A stretch of 64,000 nt of DNA from Eledone cirrhosa (Eukaryota), in assembly GCA_964016885.1 (NCBI GenBank), contig OZ024747.1:47244001-47308000 (forward strand), given 5' to 3'. Below the pieces are notes generated by a model that worked only from the letters and a program-made list of their open reading frames with translations, had not been told where the DNA came from and made no database searches. Below, piece after piece: positions 15,438 to 30,714 of the stretch. The translations under genes and the position numbers were made by a program. Within the stretch, counting starts at the first letter, position 1, and each line of letters starts with the position of its first letter.

Positions 15438-16059
15438 CACAAATTTAAATTTTGAAGACCAAAGCGTTATGAAGATTGTTAAATTGCCAAGATAACAAAA
15501 AAAATCTTACCATACCAAATTTAACGATCCCAAATATTTTCGGGATTAAAAACCCATTATCAAAGGGGTAACTCTAAAAGAGACTTAAAACCGATCGGAT
15601 TGACTTGTTTGTATGAATTTAAGTGAAATGAACTGAAAAGACGTTAAAATCCCGAACGTGCGCGTTGTACAATGTATGATGTATGTATTATATATGCATG
15701 TGTGCGCGTGGATGTTTGTATGTGTGTGCATGAATATAAGTTTATGTAGTGAAAGATGTGTGCGAATATGTATATAATAAAACGGGAAAAATATGTGTGC
15801 GATATATGTATGTGTGTGTGTGTGAATCTAAGTGTGTTTGCCTAGTGAGGAGATAATTCTATGTCCTCACTAGGCAAATACACTTAGACAAGTGTTTCTT
15901 CCCGTAACAGTATACCACCGACAGCAACAGCAAGTTATTTTATTTAACAATTTGCTATTAGTTAGCATAAACGATGGGAATCATCAGAGTTCAGTTATAA
16001 TCCGAAACGATTAATACAATATCAATAAAAATCATTTAAGAACAACGGATAACATATAT

Positions 16060-16583
16060 CACTTATCTAATTAAGTAGCAGGTCAAAATAACAGGGTTTC
16101 AGGGTTTCACTTATCTAATTAAGTAGCCGGTCAAAATAACAGGGTTTCAGGGTTTCACTTATCTAATTAAGTCGCAGGTCAAAATAACAGGGTTTCAGGG
16201 TTTCACTTATCTAATTAAGTAGCAGGTCAAAATAACAGGGTTTCAGGGTTTCACTTGTCTAATTAAGTAGCAGGTCAAAATAACAGGGTTTCAGGGTTTC
16301 ACTTATCTAATTAAGTAGCAGGTCAAAATAACAGGGTTTCAGGGTTTCACTTATCTAATTAAGTAGTAGGTCAAAATAACAGGGTTTCAGGGTTTCACTT
16401 ATCTAATTAAGTAGTAGGTCAAAATAACAGGGTTTCAGGGTTTCACTTATCTAATTAAGTAGCAGGTCAAAATAACAGGGTTTCAGGGTTTTACTTATCT
16501 AATTAAGTAGTGGGTCAAAATAACAGGGTTTCAGGGTTTCACTTATCTAATTAAGTAGCAGGTCAAAATAACAGGGTTTCAGG
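16060..16583. repeat. 48-bp tandem repeat, ~11 copies
   Basis: Unit TTATCTAATTAAGTAGCAGGTCAAAATAACAGGGTTTCAGGGTTTCAC at 16063, 16111 ... 16543. Confidence 0.95.
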
Positions 16584-17459
16584 TGTGTTAAAATACTTAA
16601 ATCTTATTTGGAAAAGTAGAACTTCCAATTATTAATTGGAAGTTATATACTTTTATCAAAGCAATATTTATAGTTTGTAAAAACTATCCATTGAATTGAA
16701 CATGGTTAAAGTTGAAAGATATTTACTGCTGACTTAACATTATATCAGAAAACATGAAATTATACTGGGTGAATATATATTAATGTTTAAGTTGTTACGG
16801 AGATGTTATAAAGACTATAATAATTATTAAATAATCAATAATATTTAACTAGATGCAAAAAGAATATATTAATATAAGTAAATATTGTACTATTTACGAA
16901 TTTCAAAATATTAAGGTAAGAGAGGTAATTTAAGGGATTATACCGGTGTTTAGAGCAACAAAGTAAGCTATTAATTCTGTGTTTTCTAAATATTATTGCT
17001 AAGTACATATATTTCAATTAATATGTGTTTATAATTAATACTTATCTAAGAATATTTGTCTTATATATGGCAATGAGGCATTTGTGTGTGAGTTATTAAG
17101 GAAAATTAATAAATCATATTGAAATAGTGTAATATAAGTTGTTAAGGTCAAACCTAAAGGAGGTTAGATTAGATACGATAATATAATGTATTAAATAAAT
17201 CAATATATAGTGTTAATAATGTAATCTGTATCTTATAGTATATATAAATGTGTGAGACTACAGACAGATTATTACATTATTATGAATTTAACATAAGATT
17301 AAGTACTAGTTGAAGTATACAGACATAATTAACTTTATATGTATTTATGTTACATGCTTATCTATTACATATCCATCCTATAAATTTATTAAATGCATGG
17401 CAATGAATAGACTGAAACATCCCCAGTGATTATATTGAAGTATTATACATACCTATATA

Positions 17460-19563
<2,104 letters not shown>

Positions 19564-19653
19564 GTATTTCCGTAGAAAAGGTAAAGGAAAGAAGAGTGCT
19601 CTATGTATAGTACAGAGCTATTTAATTATATAATAAACAACACAATGTAATTA

Positions 19654-19722
19654 TTCTATTACCAAAGGTTTCAGGAAACTAGACGATCTTAACAGAAACG
19701 TCCAGTACGCTCATCAGATGAA
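19654..19722 (-). ncRNA. Type I hammerhead motif
   Basis: CUGAUGA (19717-19711), stem II ACUGGACG/CGUCUAGU, GAAACC uuu GGUA cleavage site; stem I is weak. Confidence 0.55.
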
Positions 19723-20099
19723 TGCGCATACATTCATCTTTTTACGAATGCATGTATTTATGGAGTACCGCTTTTCTTTCAAACATTTTACATTCAAATT
19801 CTACTGTGTTCAAGTTTTCTCATTTTTCTGAAAGATTTGTTTTCTTTGTTAGTCATTTGAGTTTAGTTAGAAACAATAGCGTTTGTAAACTCATTGACTT
19901 TTCCAGCCCTGCTGCATTTCTTGTTTAGTCACGATACCTAACAGATGTTAATAAACGAGCTAAAGCGCTTACACTGCCTTGAATTACCAGATAACTTTTA
20001 AACCGACTGACATGACAAATCGAATGAACAAAACTCTGGTTCTGTTTTATTCCGATTTTATCTCACATAAATCTTTCTTTCTCTATTTATCTATCAATA

Positions 20100-20192
20100 T
20101 GTTAACTTTGCCTTTCATCCTTATGAGGTCGATAAAATAAAGTACCAGTGGTGCACTGGAGTAATCGCTGGCCTTGTGCCAAAAGTAGAAAA
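20100..20192 (+). mobile_element. SINE family A 3' half
   Basis: Sequence match to family A. Confidence 0.75.
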
Positions 20193-20419
20193 TATGTATA
20201 TAAATAGGGAAACACAAAGCAGGCTTTGTTTACAAACGGCTAGCCAATTTAAAAATTAGGTAGTTACATGTGCTTATGCCGTATTTGATTAAATAGAATT
20301 AGTCTGTTAGTTGGGATTTTAAAAAAGCCCAATAAATGGAAAAAAGGATTAGTATTGATGTACATGGGACACGAACCCACATCTTTGGTTTTCCTGACCA
20401 ATACGTTACCATTACATCA

Positions 20420-20523
<104 letters not shown>

Positions 20524-21609
20524 GTGTGCGTGTGTGTGTGTATGTGTGTGTGTGTACAGATATATAATATATAATACAAATCATTCTTCCACTTTAGTCC
20601 CATTCTTCCTTGGGAGTTTCTGTTAACATCAGTATCACCACTACCAACAACAACATCAATAACAAGGAAGACAGCAGCGCCACCAGCGAGTCACAACTAA
20701 TACAACAATTAACTAACATTTCTCGATGAACGCAGCAATGAAAAGCTGAAAAAGTTAAAATACTTCCTGTCTGTATTTGGGTCAATAATGCCAAACGGAA
20801 AAATACCGGCATCAAAGGTGACTGGTGCCAATGCTTGTGTTGCAAGTGAACAATCGCCTAAAGGACATTAGAATCCATTTAAAGTGTTAAATATTCAGTA
20901 TAAGAAACTGTTAACATAGTCGGCAGTTATCTTTTACTGTATTTAGCGACTAATAGAGCGTCAGAGATTCAACCTATCAAGCAGGCAAGTAATAGTGATT
21001 TCTAATTTAGATACAAGTCCAACAATTTGTGGGAAGAAGAATCTGGATTATGTCAATTTAGTACTTTATTGCTACTTTATTTTATCAACTCAAGTGTATA
21101 AAATTCGAAGTTGACCTCGGCGAGATCTGAACTCAAAAATGTAAAGTGCCGAAAAAGCATTTTGTCCGTCACTCTAACGACTCTGCCAGTTTACTGCCAT
21201 TAGACAATAATATAACGACATTAATAAACGTTTCTAACGCAAGCAGTAGGATAGAAATGTTTAATGCGGGTTCATTATTTCATTAAATATACTTGATAAT
21301 TGACCGGTATCTTATATTACTAACCCCGGCAAAGATGACATCTTAAAGAGCCAGAATAAATATCCCAATGAATCTTTTCCAGCGTAATGAAAGTAATATT
21401 GACAATCATTTCTTTATGAGATTTAATAGTTTGGCAAATATCTTAGTCTTAGAATTAAAGACAGTTAACCTTGATTAGGCATTAACACAGAATTTAAAGC
21501 ACAGTTACTAAGTACCGCAAGCCATTTTGTCCAATGCTTTAACAACTATGCCAAAATTTAATAAATTTGTGATCAAATTTGTTGCAGTTGTGACCATCTT
21601 GTATTATGT

Positions 21610-21790
21610 ATTGGCAGTAACGGTAGAGGGTCGGACGCCATGCTTTCCAGCATAGTTACGTCCCTTTACGATCTGAGTTCAAATCCCGCCGAGGTTGACT
21701 TTGCCTTTCATCCTTACGGGGTCGATAAAATAAGGTAGCAGTAATGTACTGGGTAATTGCTAGCCTTGTGCCAAAAGTAGAAACAGTTAT
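21610..21790 (+). mobile_element. SINE family A
   Basis: Sequence match to family A. Confidence 0.85.
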
Positions 21791-22033
21791 TTCCAGATCT
21801 GTTATATCAAGGATTTCATTGTCATCAATGAATTCTTACGTTTTCAAGACCGTGGGATGTGAATTGTGAGGTATTTGGTTGTTGTCTCTAGCAGTACGAA
21901 CAGTCACGTAGAGTCTTCCTTATTGATTCATAATACTTTCTAACGTAAGCGAATGTCTCACTGTTACTAGTGTTTGGCCCATACTTATATGAAATAACGA
22001 GGTAAGTTTTACACCTGGTCTGAGAGAAATAAC

Positions 22034-22217
22034 TGTTTCTACTTTTGGCACAAGGCCAGCAATTACCCAGTTTATTACTGGTACTTTATTTTATCGAACC
22101 AATAAGGATGAAAGGCAAAGTTAACCTCGGCGGGATTTGAACTCAGAATGGCAAGGGCCGTAACTCTATGCGTCAAAGCATGGCATCCGACCCTCTACCG
22201 ATACTGCCAATCCACCG
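22034..22217 (-). mobile_element. SINE family A with 13-bp TSD
   Basis: TGAGAGAAATAAC at 22021-22033 and 22218-22230. Confidence 0.9.
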
Positions 22218-22536
22218 TGAGAGAAATAACGGCACTAAATCTCTCTCACTGCAAAACTCATCAAATAGAGAACGGCACAACAGAGAATGCAGTAGGATTC
22301 TCTCTATGTCTAAATAAAGTATGGAATAATCAGGAAAGCAGTTTTACATTTTCAGAGGTGGCGAAGAATACATTTATTTGAAAGTCAGTGCTGGTTCAAA
22401 TCTCATTAGAAGTGATTGGCTGAGCTATTTCAAATGTGGCACGTTTCTACTTCGGACGTCACATCAGCAGTTGTTTCGTTTTCCTTCACTAGATTTCCAT
22501 TTTAACGAGAATAAATAATGATGCATTAAATTAAAT

Positions 22537-22568
<32 letters not shown>

Positions 22569-22572
22569 AACA

Positions 22573-22607
<35 letters not shown>

Positions 22608-22806
22608 GTATAGGAAAATGTTTGACCCCGACGGCAGAGCTCAAGCCATTTCGACGGCTATTTCTGGATTCCAGAGTCTAGAAATAGCCGTCGAAACGGC
22701 TTCAGCCGTCGGGGTCAAACATTTTCCTATTACCCACTCTACTACCCTAAGTATTGAGTACTCTGGTGCGTTATGGTCCATCTGGTTCCTTACTACTCCT
22801 CCTTCG

Positions 22807-22810
<4 letters not shown>
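22608..22810 (+). mobile_element. Short hairpin-capped element in (TA)n (family P)
   Basis: ~120-bp palindrome plus a ~85-bp tail shared with 23498-23665(-), 38848-38965(+), 63440-63585(-). Confidence 0.75.
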
Positions 22811-22875
<65 letters not shown>

Positions 22876-22983
22876 TAAGAGGAATTCCAACTGATTTACT
22901 CGTTTTATTTACAATCCTTTAAAATATATATAATGGTATTATAATGAAATAGTATGATAGAATATTAAATTCTAAGTGTTAAT

Positions 22984-23022
22984 TGAACAAGTACTTTCAT
23001 GCTTTCGCAATCTTCAGGTTCA
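22984..23022 (-). ncRNA. Minimal type I hammerhead within element 22875-23218
   Basis: UGAAC-CUGAAGA-uUGC gaaa GCAu-GAAAGUACUU/GUUCA; palindromic stem III. Confidence 0.75.
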
Positions 23023-23238
23023 TGATATGTGGTGACAGTCGAGTTTGCAATTTTAAGTGTGTCTCTCTGTTGATAATAGGCCACGGGTCTCTGCCCTCTA
23101 AGGCATTTTTGCCCAACGTAGTCCTTTAACGGCTGTTCTAGAGATGAGTTTTCACATTTTTATATGTATTCAATTACACACTCGCTTGCTCTCTATCAGA
23201 TACATTTTTATTCATATATATATATATAATATACATAC

Positions 23239-23269
<31 letters not shown>

Positions 23270-23354
23270 AAAGGTAAACAGAAATAACAACACAATCGGT
23301 ACAGTATATGGAAGGGATATATTAGGTTAACGCTTGATATAGCAGGAAGAGAGT

Positions 23355-23388
23355 CTTAACGTTTCGGACGCTAGTCCTTCATCAGAAG
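23355..23388 (-). ncRNA. Minimal type I hammerhead within element 23268-23485
   Basis: CUU-CUGAUGA-aGGAC uagc GUCC-GAAACGUU/AAG. Confidence 0.75.
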
Positions 23389-23497
23389 AAAGAATGAGAA
23401 ATAAGATAGACTGGAGGGACGAGCAGGCTGGAATTGGATAAAATGTCTTTAGATAAAAATAATAGGTCCATTCATGTTGACATCTCATACATATATA

Positions 23498-23662
23498 TAT
23501 AACGAAGGAAATGTGGTAAGGAACCAAGTGGACCATAACGCACCAAAGTACTCAATACTTAGGGTAGTAGAGTGGGTAATAGGAACGAGTAGGACCCCGA
23601 CGGCTGAGCTCAAGCCGTTTCGACGGCTTGAGCTCAGTCGTCGGGGTCCTACTCGTTCCTAT

Positions 23663-23665
<3 letters not shown>
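23498..23665 (-). mobile_element. Family P hairpin-capped element
   Basis: Near-perfect ~85-bp palindrome 23579-23663 plus the shared tail. Confidence 0.75.
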
Positions 23666-23694
<29 letters not shown>

Positions 23695-24049
23695 TATATA
23701 TATATATGAATAAAAATGTTGTATCTGATAGAGACCAAGCGAGTGTGTAATTGAATACATATAAAAATGTGAAAACTCATCTCTAGAACAGCCGTTATAG
23801 GACTACGTTGGGCAAAAATGCCTCAGAGGGCAGAGAGCCGCGGCCTATTATCAACAGAGAGACACACTTTATCATAGCTATGATTAGATTTCTATTTAGG
23901 ACAGACACCAAACCTTGAGGTCCACTATCCCATTATTTTCCTTTTCTTTTTCTTTCGTCTTTCTGTGTGTGCTGTTTGTTTTATCACACATACATCATAC
24001 TAACAGTAAGATTTAGTTTTCGGTTGGATGATTCAACATTTTAAAATGG

Positions 24050-24395
24050 CACTCTCAAGCAGTCGAAAAGGGCTTCTTCCGAAAGGTCTTCGGAGTAAAG
24101 TTACTCAATAAAGTGCATGGCTCAGAGATCAGAGAGTCACTCCAGGTAGAGCCGAATTGAGATATCACAGCTCCGATATTATGGGAATGTGGTTAGAATG
24201 TTTCAGGAGAGAATCGCTGGACATATTTTACGGGCGAAACCAACAGGTGGGAGACCCTGGGGTAGACCTCGAGCAAGATGGCTGGATAACATCCACGAGC
24301 TTGGCTGGTCACGCTTCTGACAGAACCAGGAGAGAGTTGGAAGACTCTGCCCCCACTACCCTCTCAGGAATAAGTGGGCGAAGAAAAGAAGAAGA
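24050..24395 (+). mobile_element. RTE-clade LINE 3' end, degenerate
   Basis: LQAVEKGFFRKVFGVKLLNKVHGSEIRESLQVEP..QLRYYGNVVRM..RPWGRPRARWLDNI; (AAG) tail. Confidence 0.75.
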
Positions 24396-24648
24396 CTTAA
24401 TTAATCGTGCGAAACCATTTTGTATGTCTGTTTAGTGTTAACTATGAGATAGTTATTTCCGGAATACTCGATACAACCCAGACATATCATTAATTAATAA
24501 ATCATCTTCAAATTATATTTGTTTCTCTGGAAATAACTTGATGAACTATTATTACGTTAAAAGGACATGTGATAAATAAGTATCGTAAGAGAAGCAGCCA
24601 ATCATTAAGCTATGTCCAGCAACGTGGAAACAAGTGTCAAATTACTAA

Positions 24649-24682
<34 letters not shown>

Positions 24683-24812
24683 TGAGGGGATGGACATATA
24701 TATATATATACCTATACGTAATTATAAATATATATGTAACTTTCTTTTCTCTTGCCAATTTTGGGACCCCAATTTTATTTTAATCGGTTTCAGTCTATCG
24801 TGAGAGCGAGAC

Positions 24813-24843
<31 letters not shown>

Positions 24844-25081
24844 TACATATACATACATATTTAAATATAAACATGCACATATATAAAGGAAAAGGATAAA
24901 GATCCCATAATTCCTTGTGTCTAGGGCACTTTTAATCCTGGTGGAGCAGAAGAAGAATCGGCCTCGAAAGGACGGAAGGCAAAGTTGAACACTGTGGGAT
25001 TTGAACACAGAGCGCGCAATGACGAATACCGTAAAGAGATCTGTCCGACGTCTTAGCAACTCTGCCAATTCGCCACCTATT

Positions 25082-25143
<62 letters not shown>

Positions 25144-25234
25144 ATACATATATATATATACATACATACATACATACATACATACATACATACATACATA
25201 CATACATACATACATACATACATACATACATACA

Positions 25235-26205
25235 TGGTGGCTGCCAACTCGTTTTCGAGTACGGCCACTACTTTATATCCATGTAGTAGAACCCTTACCG
25301 CTGCGCTGAACGAGTGTGACTTTTTAGTCCAGCCAGCGACTTGAAAATTCTGGTACAAACACTACACTTGTGACAATTATTGACACATAGTGCTAGGCAC
25401 ATGGTACCATGTGACGACAAGTGCAGAGAGATCTCCAGATATAAAGCAATGCCTGTGCCGTGAAGCTTTTATAGTGAGCAAAGGCACTGCACAAAGCCAG
25501 TCCCACTCTCTTAACCAAGATAATATTTACCAAAAAGAAGAACAAGTCAACATCATTGGATACCATCAGAGTTGCAGGTGTTATATCAGAGTTTTCCTTC
25601 TAGAATTCTGCCTTGACAAAGGCTAAGGGGTCATCTCTCCAAGTGATTTTGGATGGCCATTGACTCTTAAGAGCTCCTTTGCCCTTTGACCGGTTTTGTT
25701 TTTAGTCCTGCAGGATGTCCAAAGTCACCCTCCTCACCAAGAAACCTTAGTGGGGTTGCCAGTTTAGTCGCCAACGACCCGACCATGAGACAGGTTGTAC
25801 TGGGATACATGTTACCAGTAGCACCAGCTAGTGACCTGACATTACATACATACATACATACATACATACATGGTGGCTGCCAACTCGTTTTCGAGTACGG
25901 CCACTACTTTATATCCATGTAGGAGAACCCCTACCGATGCGCTGAACGAGTGTGACTTTTTAGTCCAGCCAGCGACTTGAAAACTCTGGTACAAACACTA
26001 CACTTGTGACAATTATTGACACATAGTGTTGGGCCCATGGTACCATGTGACGACAAGTGCAGAGAGATCTCCAGATATAAAGCAATGCCTGTGCCGTGAA
26101 GCTTTTATAGTGAGCAAAGGCACTGCACAAAGCCAGTCCCACTCTCTTAACCAAGATGATATTTACCAAAAAGAACATACATACATACATACATACATAC
26201 ATACA

Positions 26206-26238
<33 letters not shown>

Positions 26239-26731
26239 GATGGCTGCAACTCGATTTTCAGTAATCCCATCACGGACGTGGCTTTTAATCCTGCTAGGAC
26301 TTGCCTATGGCCAACAATGCCATGCATCGTAAAAAATCTCACATGTTATGCGATGCTTGTACTTGAAGCTTTTTAAGTGAGGAAAGGCTTTGCTCGGGGC
26401 CAATCCCACTCTCTGAATATCGAATGCATTTAGCTAAAAAGAAGGACTGGTCTACATCACTGGATGTTATATGAGATTAACCTTTTCCTAGAGAGATGTC
26501 TTAAAGAAAACTAGGAGCTCCCGCCCCACAAAAAAAATTATTGGATGGCCATTGCCTCTCCCGAATTCCTCCGCTCTTTGATGAGTTTTGTTTTTCATCC
26601 CGCAGTGTGTCCAAATTCGCCCTCTGTACCAAGCAAGTTTGGTGGGGTTGCCGGTTTAGTCGCCGACGACCCGACCTTGCACAGGATGTACTTGGTTAGA
26701 TGTTACCAGTAGCACTGAAAAGTGACCTGAC
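25235..26731 (-). mobile_element. Three head-to-tail copies of a 500-600-bp non-autonomous retroelement with (ATGT)n tail
   Basis: Copies 25235-25840, 25871-26174 (5'-truncated) and 26238-26731, each with (CATA)n on the low-coordinate side; relatives at 32522-32900(+) and 59314-59832(+). Confidence 0.7.
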
Positions 26732-29415
26732 ATATACATACATATATATAACGTAGTTCTCAGAGAAATTCAGTGTGACAAGGCTGGCTGGCTCTTTGAA
26801 TTACTGGTACAGTCCAGCCAGCGGACTTCCAGATAGTTTCTGTCTATTCAATTTCACCTAAAAGCAATTTTACCCATGTTGCCACGCAGTGAGATTTGAC
26901 CCGGGACCTAATGATTGGGAAGCTAACATCTTAACCATTCGGCCATATTGCGGCTTCTTTATGTCGGCACCATCCGACGGAGTGGCTTATTATTGGAAAC
27001 AGCAGCTGCCGTATTGTAGACATAATTATCAAGTTAGCCAATCATATTGATTTGCCAGTCATCCTGAGAGGTTACTCACGCGACACAAATGCTACAAACA
27101 CTCTCCTACGTTACTTCCTTTTATAAACACACCAGAAATAAGCTAGAACGAACCAATGAAAGCGTCTGTATGTGGTGGCTCAACTTACTAGAAATAGCAA
27201 CCAAATCTCTTACAAATTATAATATTACCGTTGTAAAATAAGAATGAAGTATACAATGGACAATGCAGTTACTAGATATACGCAATGTTGGGGTGGTGAT
27301 GGTGGGCAAAAGTTGGATTGTCTTTGATAATAGGCCGGTTTGGTCTAAATAAGAAGAAAAGCAGGAATAAATACTCTAGAAGGTAAAAAATACAAATCTA
27401 GTGAGTAACTACAATGAAATCAAAGCCACCATAAACAACAGTTTATGTAACTGTATCAACAAGAATAGAAGCACCAGCAGTAGACAAGTAAAATGGCGTC
27501 GATGGTGTCGACGACAACAGCTTGAAGAAGAAGAATAACAATAAGAAAAACAAAAGAAGTGTCCACTAAGTGGTTGAAATGAGACGATTTTGGCGCCAGA
27601 CAGATTAAATTTAGTTGCTTAGAACGGTTCATTAGGCCAGCAGCTCTGTTGACCGGTAAAAACTGTCTCTGCTTTAGAAAACCATTTTCAACGAACTACT
27701 TCACTATTTCAGAGTGGGGCTGAAAAACTACCGACAGTAATTATAATTGTTGCAGAAGGTGATGAATTGTCAGAAATAGTAGTGGCACAAACCCGTCATT
27801 TCTCTTGCAGCATATAGTTCAAATTTCGCCTGGACTGAATTTTGTTTCGTTTTAGTTTCAAATATCATTTCTCCTAGGTTATCAAACATATTTAGTCCAA
27901 TTTAAGCATTTTGTAGGAGAAGAAAGTCGATCATATCGACCCCAAAACTTATGTGGTAATTTATTTTATTGACCCCAGAAGGATGAAAAGCAAACTTGAC
28001 CTCAGCGAATTTTGAACTCAGAGCCAGAACGAATATCACAAAACATTCTATTCGTCACCTTTTGGAGGTTATTAAAAATAATACCAGTTGCTGTTGTATT
28101 TTCTTTCTCTACTTCTAGTTGACTGTTCACTCGAGTCATAGTGTACTTAGGAGTACTTTATTATTCGTATCGTTTTTTTTTTTGTTTGAAAATAGGTGAG
28201 TGTCATTTAAGATTTCGACGATCGTGACAATTCGCGCAACTCCCTCGCTGACATAAGTACCAGTAATATACTGATCAGTTCATTAAGTATTTACTTGTCA
28301 TTGTGCAATTATAAATTAATGTTATATTTGCACCTAATGAAGAGCGATCTGTAAGAAGCAGAATGTTGTATTACTTTGTTAAGTGAAAAAGCAAATACAA
28401 CTGCTGGTACTTATAAAGGGCTTCCGTGACAGGTGGAAGGGAAAGGAAAATCTCTGACCTTCGGCTTATCCTCACTTTCTAAAAGGCTCCAATCGACGGC
28501 TTAAATCTACCATGGAACTCTATCCTACGGATTTCCGTACTGCCTTAGTTAATGTATCTACATCAGAGCCTTTGTGTCATCTGACCGGCTAGAAATAGAA
28601 ACCAAATTCCCTCAAATCACACAGTGCTATTTTAAGAAAGATATAGTCATATTAGATACTGTAGTCCTACACACTTATAAATCTGCGGGATGGTGACGAT
28701 TGGCATGATTTTGTTCATATTTATATCTGTTTATCATAAGTGAACTCCTGAGGCTAAGCAAGCAAACAGAAATATTCCAGATCACAATAAAATACAATTA
28801 CCCAAGGCGCCACGTATTGAGAGCAGCCCTAAAATTACGTGATTATGAACATAACTTCTAAACCAATGCATTTCGAACCTTTCCATATTCTGAAATCAAA
28901 GCCACCAGGCGCAGGGATTGGTACGCTGTTTTTACCCTATCTAGATTCCATAAAATATATACCTATTTTGCATTAGTGTCGATTCTTTCAAAAATGTCCT
29001 TTAAAAACAAAAATTGACATTGTGCGGAATAAATCATTCATTATTCATGGCTGGCTAAGTCAGAGACGAACACTGTAAATTAAACTCTAGAGAAAGCAAC
29101 AACTGAATCTCTACGCGACCAGTCGACTTGCTAAAAATAGCAGCCCATTCTCCCGCAATTCATACCTTAACATATTAGTAAAGGAAATATTGTATTAGAT
29201 ATATATACCGCTAAAATGCCGTTTAGCGGGCTATGCTATGAGCCCTTAACTTCTAATGGAGTCATAGGGGCGGCGTAGTTGTTAAGACACTTCTTAACTA
29301 CAGACATTCCCACAACTGGCGTTTTAGCCATGAACATTCTATATTTCGAATTTTAGACAGAATGTATGAAAGACTACTCTATCCTAAGTCCCCTTCACCT
29401 TTCAAGACATTAGAG

Positions 29416-29697
29416 CAGTCATGGGCAACCTGCGGCCCGCGGGGAGCATGCGGTCCGCGAAGCTAAGTCACCTAAGTGAAATCTTTCTGATTATTTTACA
29501 CCAACTTTTCAGTCTTTCTATTATTTTTACGATCGAGGAAAACAACGTGTACGAATTCTGAAGAAACAAATCAAAACAACCTGAGTTAGCGCCCTTCTTT
29601 TTAATGTGGGCACGAATGTAAATTAGCGCTTGCGGCCCGCCTGATGATGAGCCATATCTCATGCGGCCCGCTTCTCGTAAGAAATTGTCCATGCCTG
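29416..29697. mobile_element. hAT (Charlie-like) MITE
   Basis: TIRs CAGTCATGGGCAA / TTGTCCATGCCTG, GCGGCCCG subterminal motifs, 8-bp TSD CATTAGAG (29408-29415, 29698-29705). Confidence 0.9.
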
Positions 29698-30530
29698 CAT
29701 TAGAGTGCGATGTGAGGTGGTACCCTAAAAATTGAAACTTCACCTGATAATTCACCGACATTTTAACTGCCATCAATATCATTACATTCTGTTCGGGCCA
29801 ACATCTTTAAAACAATAAATCCCTCTGCTTCCAACATTTCTATTTTATGACAGTATACTGTACTAAATATCATTCTACAGTAATGTGTCGTTTTCTCACG
29901 TCTCTTCTTGTGACAAACAAATAAAGAATCAGTCTGTTGTTGTTTTGGGTTTGTTATTGATGTTACTTTTGTTGTTGGTTTGTATGTATATTAATTATTC
30001 TGTTTACTGAAGTTTGTGTTTTGTCTTTAGAATCTTTTATGACATTAATATGTTAAGAGATGTCATCAAGTATTAAAAATACATTAAACACCCGACAGGT
30101 GCTGTAGGATAAGTGACTGAGATTCAGTTTTTTTATAAATTTGTACGATCGACTAAATTAACTAATATACTATCTCCAAATATGTAAAGTTAATTACAAT
30201 AGTAAGTTTACTGAATTCACTAATTGTTTTAATATTCAAAACAAAAACACTGTGGAGAGTGTATCTTCCAAAAATATTTAAATATTTATCATAAAAAATG
30301 GGGGGGGGGGGGGGGAGAAATAGAAAGAGAACTGCTGTTCATAAATGTTATAGCTTCTTAAAACGTTCTATGTCACGCAGCACACAGCACACCATTTTCA
30401 TTTGTGTCATTTGACGGGTCTCATAACCTGGTAAAAGAGATTTTTGGGGTGAGTGAGAGATGTCTTCTCTTGTGAAAAGTGGCATAGCTTTCATTATGTA
30501 TAATCTCCCCGGGCGTATAATCTCCCAAGA

Positions 30531-30714
30531 GCGGTTGATTGGCAGTATCGGTAGAGGGTCGGACGCCATGCTTTCCAGCATAGTTACGTCCCTTTACGAT
30601 CTGAGTTCAAATCCCGCCGAGTTTGACTTTGCCTTTCATCCTTACGGGGGTCGATAAAATAAAGCACCAGTAATGCACTGGGTAATTGCTGGCCTTGTGC
30701 CTAAAGTAGAAACA
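30531..30714 (+). mobile_element. SINE family A with 18-bp TSD
   Basis: ATTATGTATAATCTCCCC at 30493-30510 and 30715-30732. Confidence 0.9.

Noticed and set aside
16060-16583. CRISPR array or telomeric repeat
   Set aside because: No unique spacers, eukaryotic context, and TTTCAGGG occurs only as a sub-motif of a 48-bp unit
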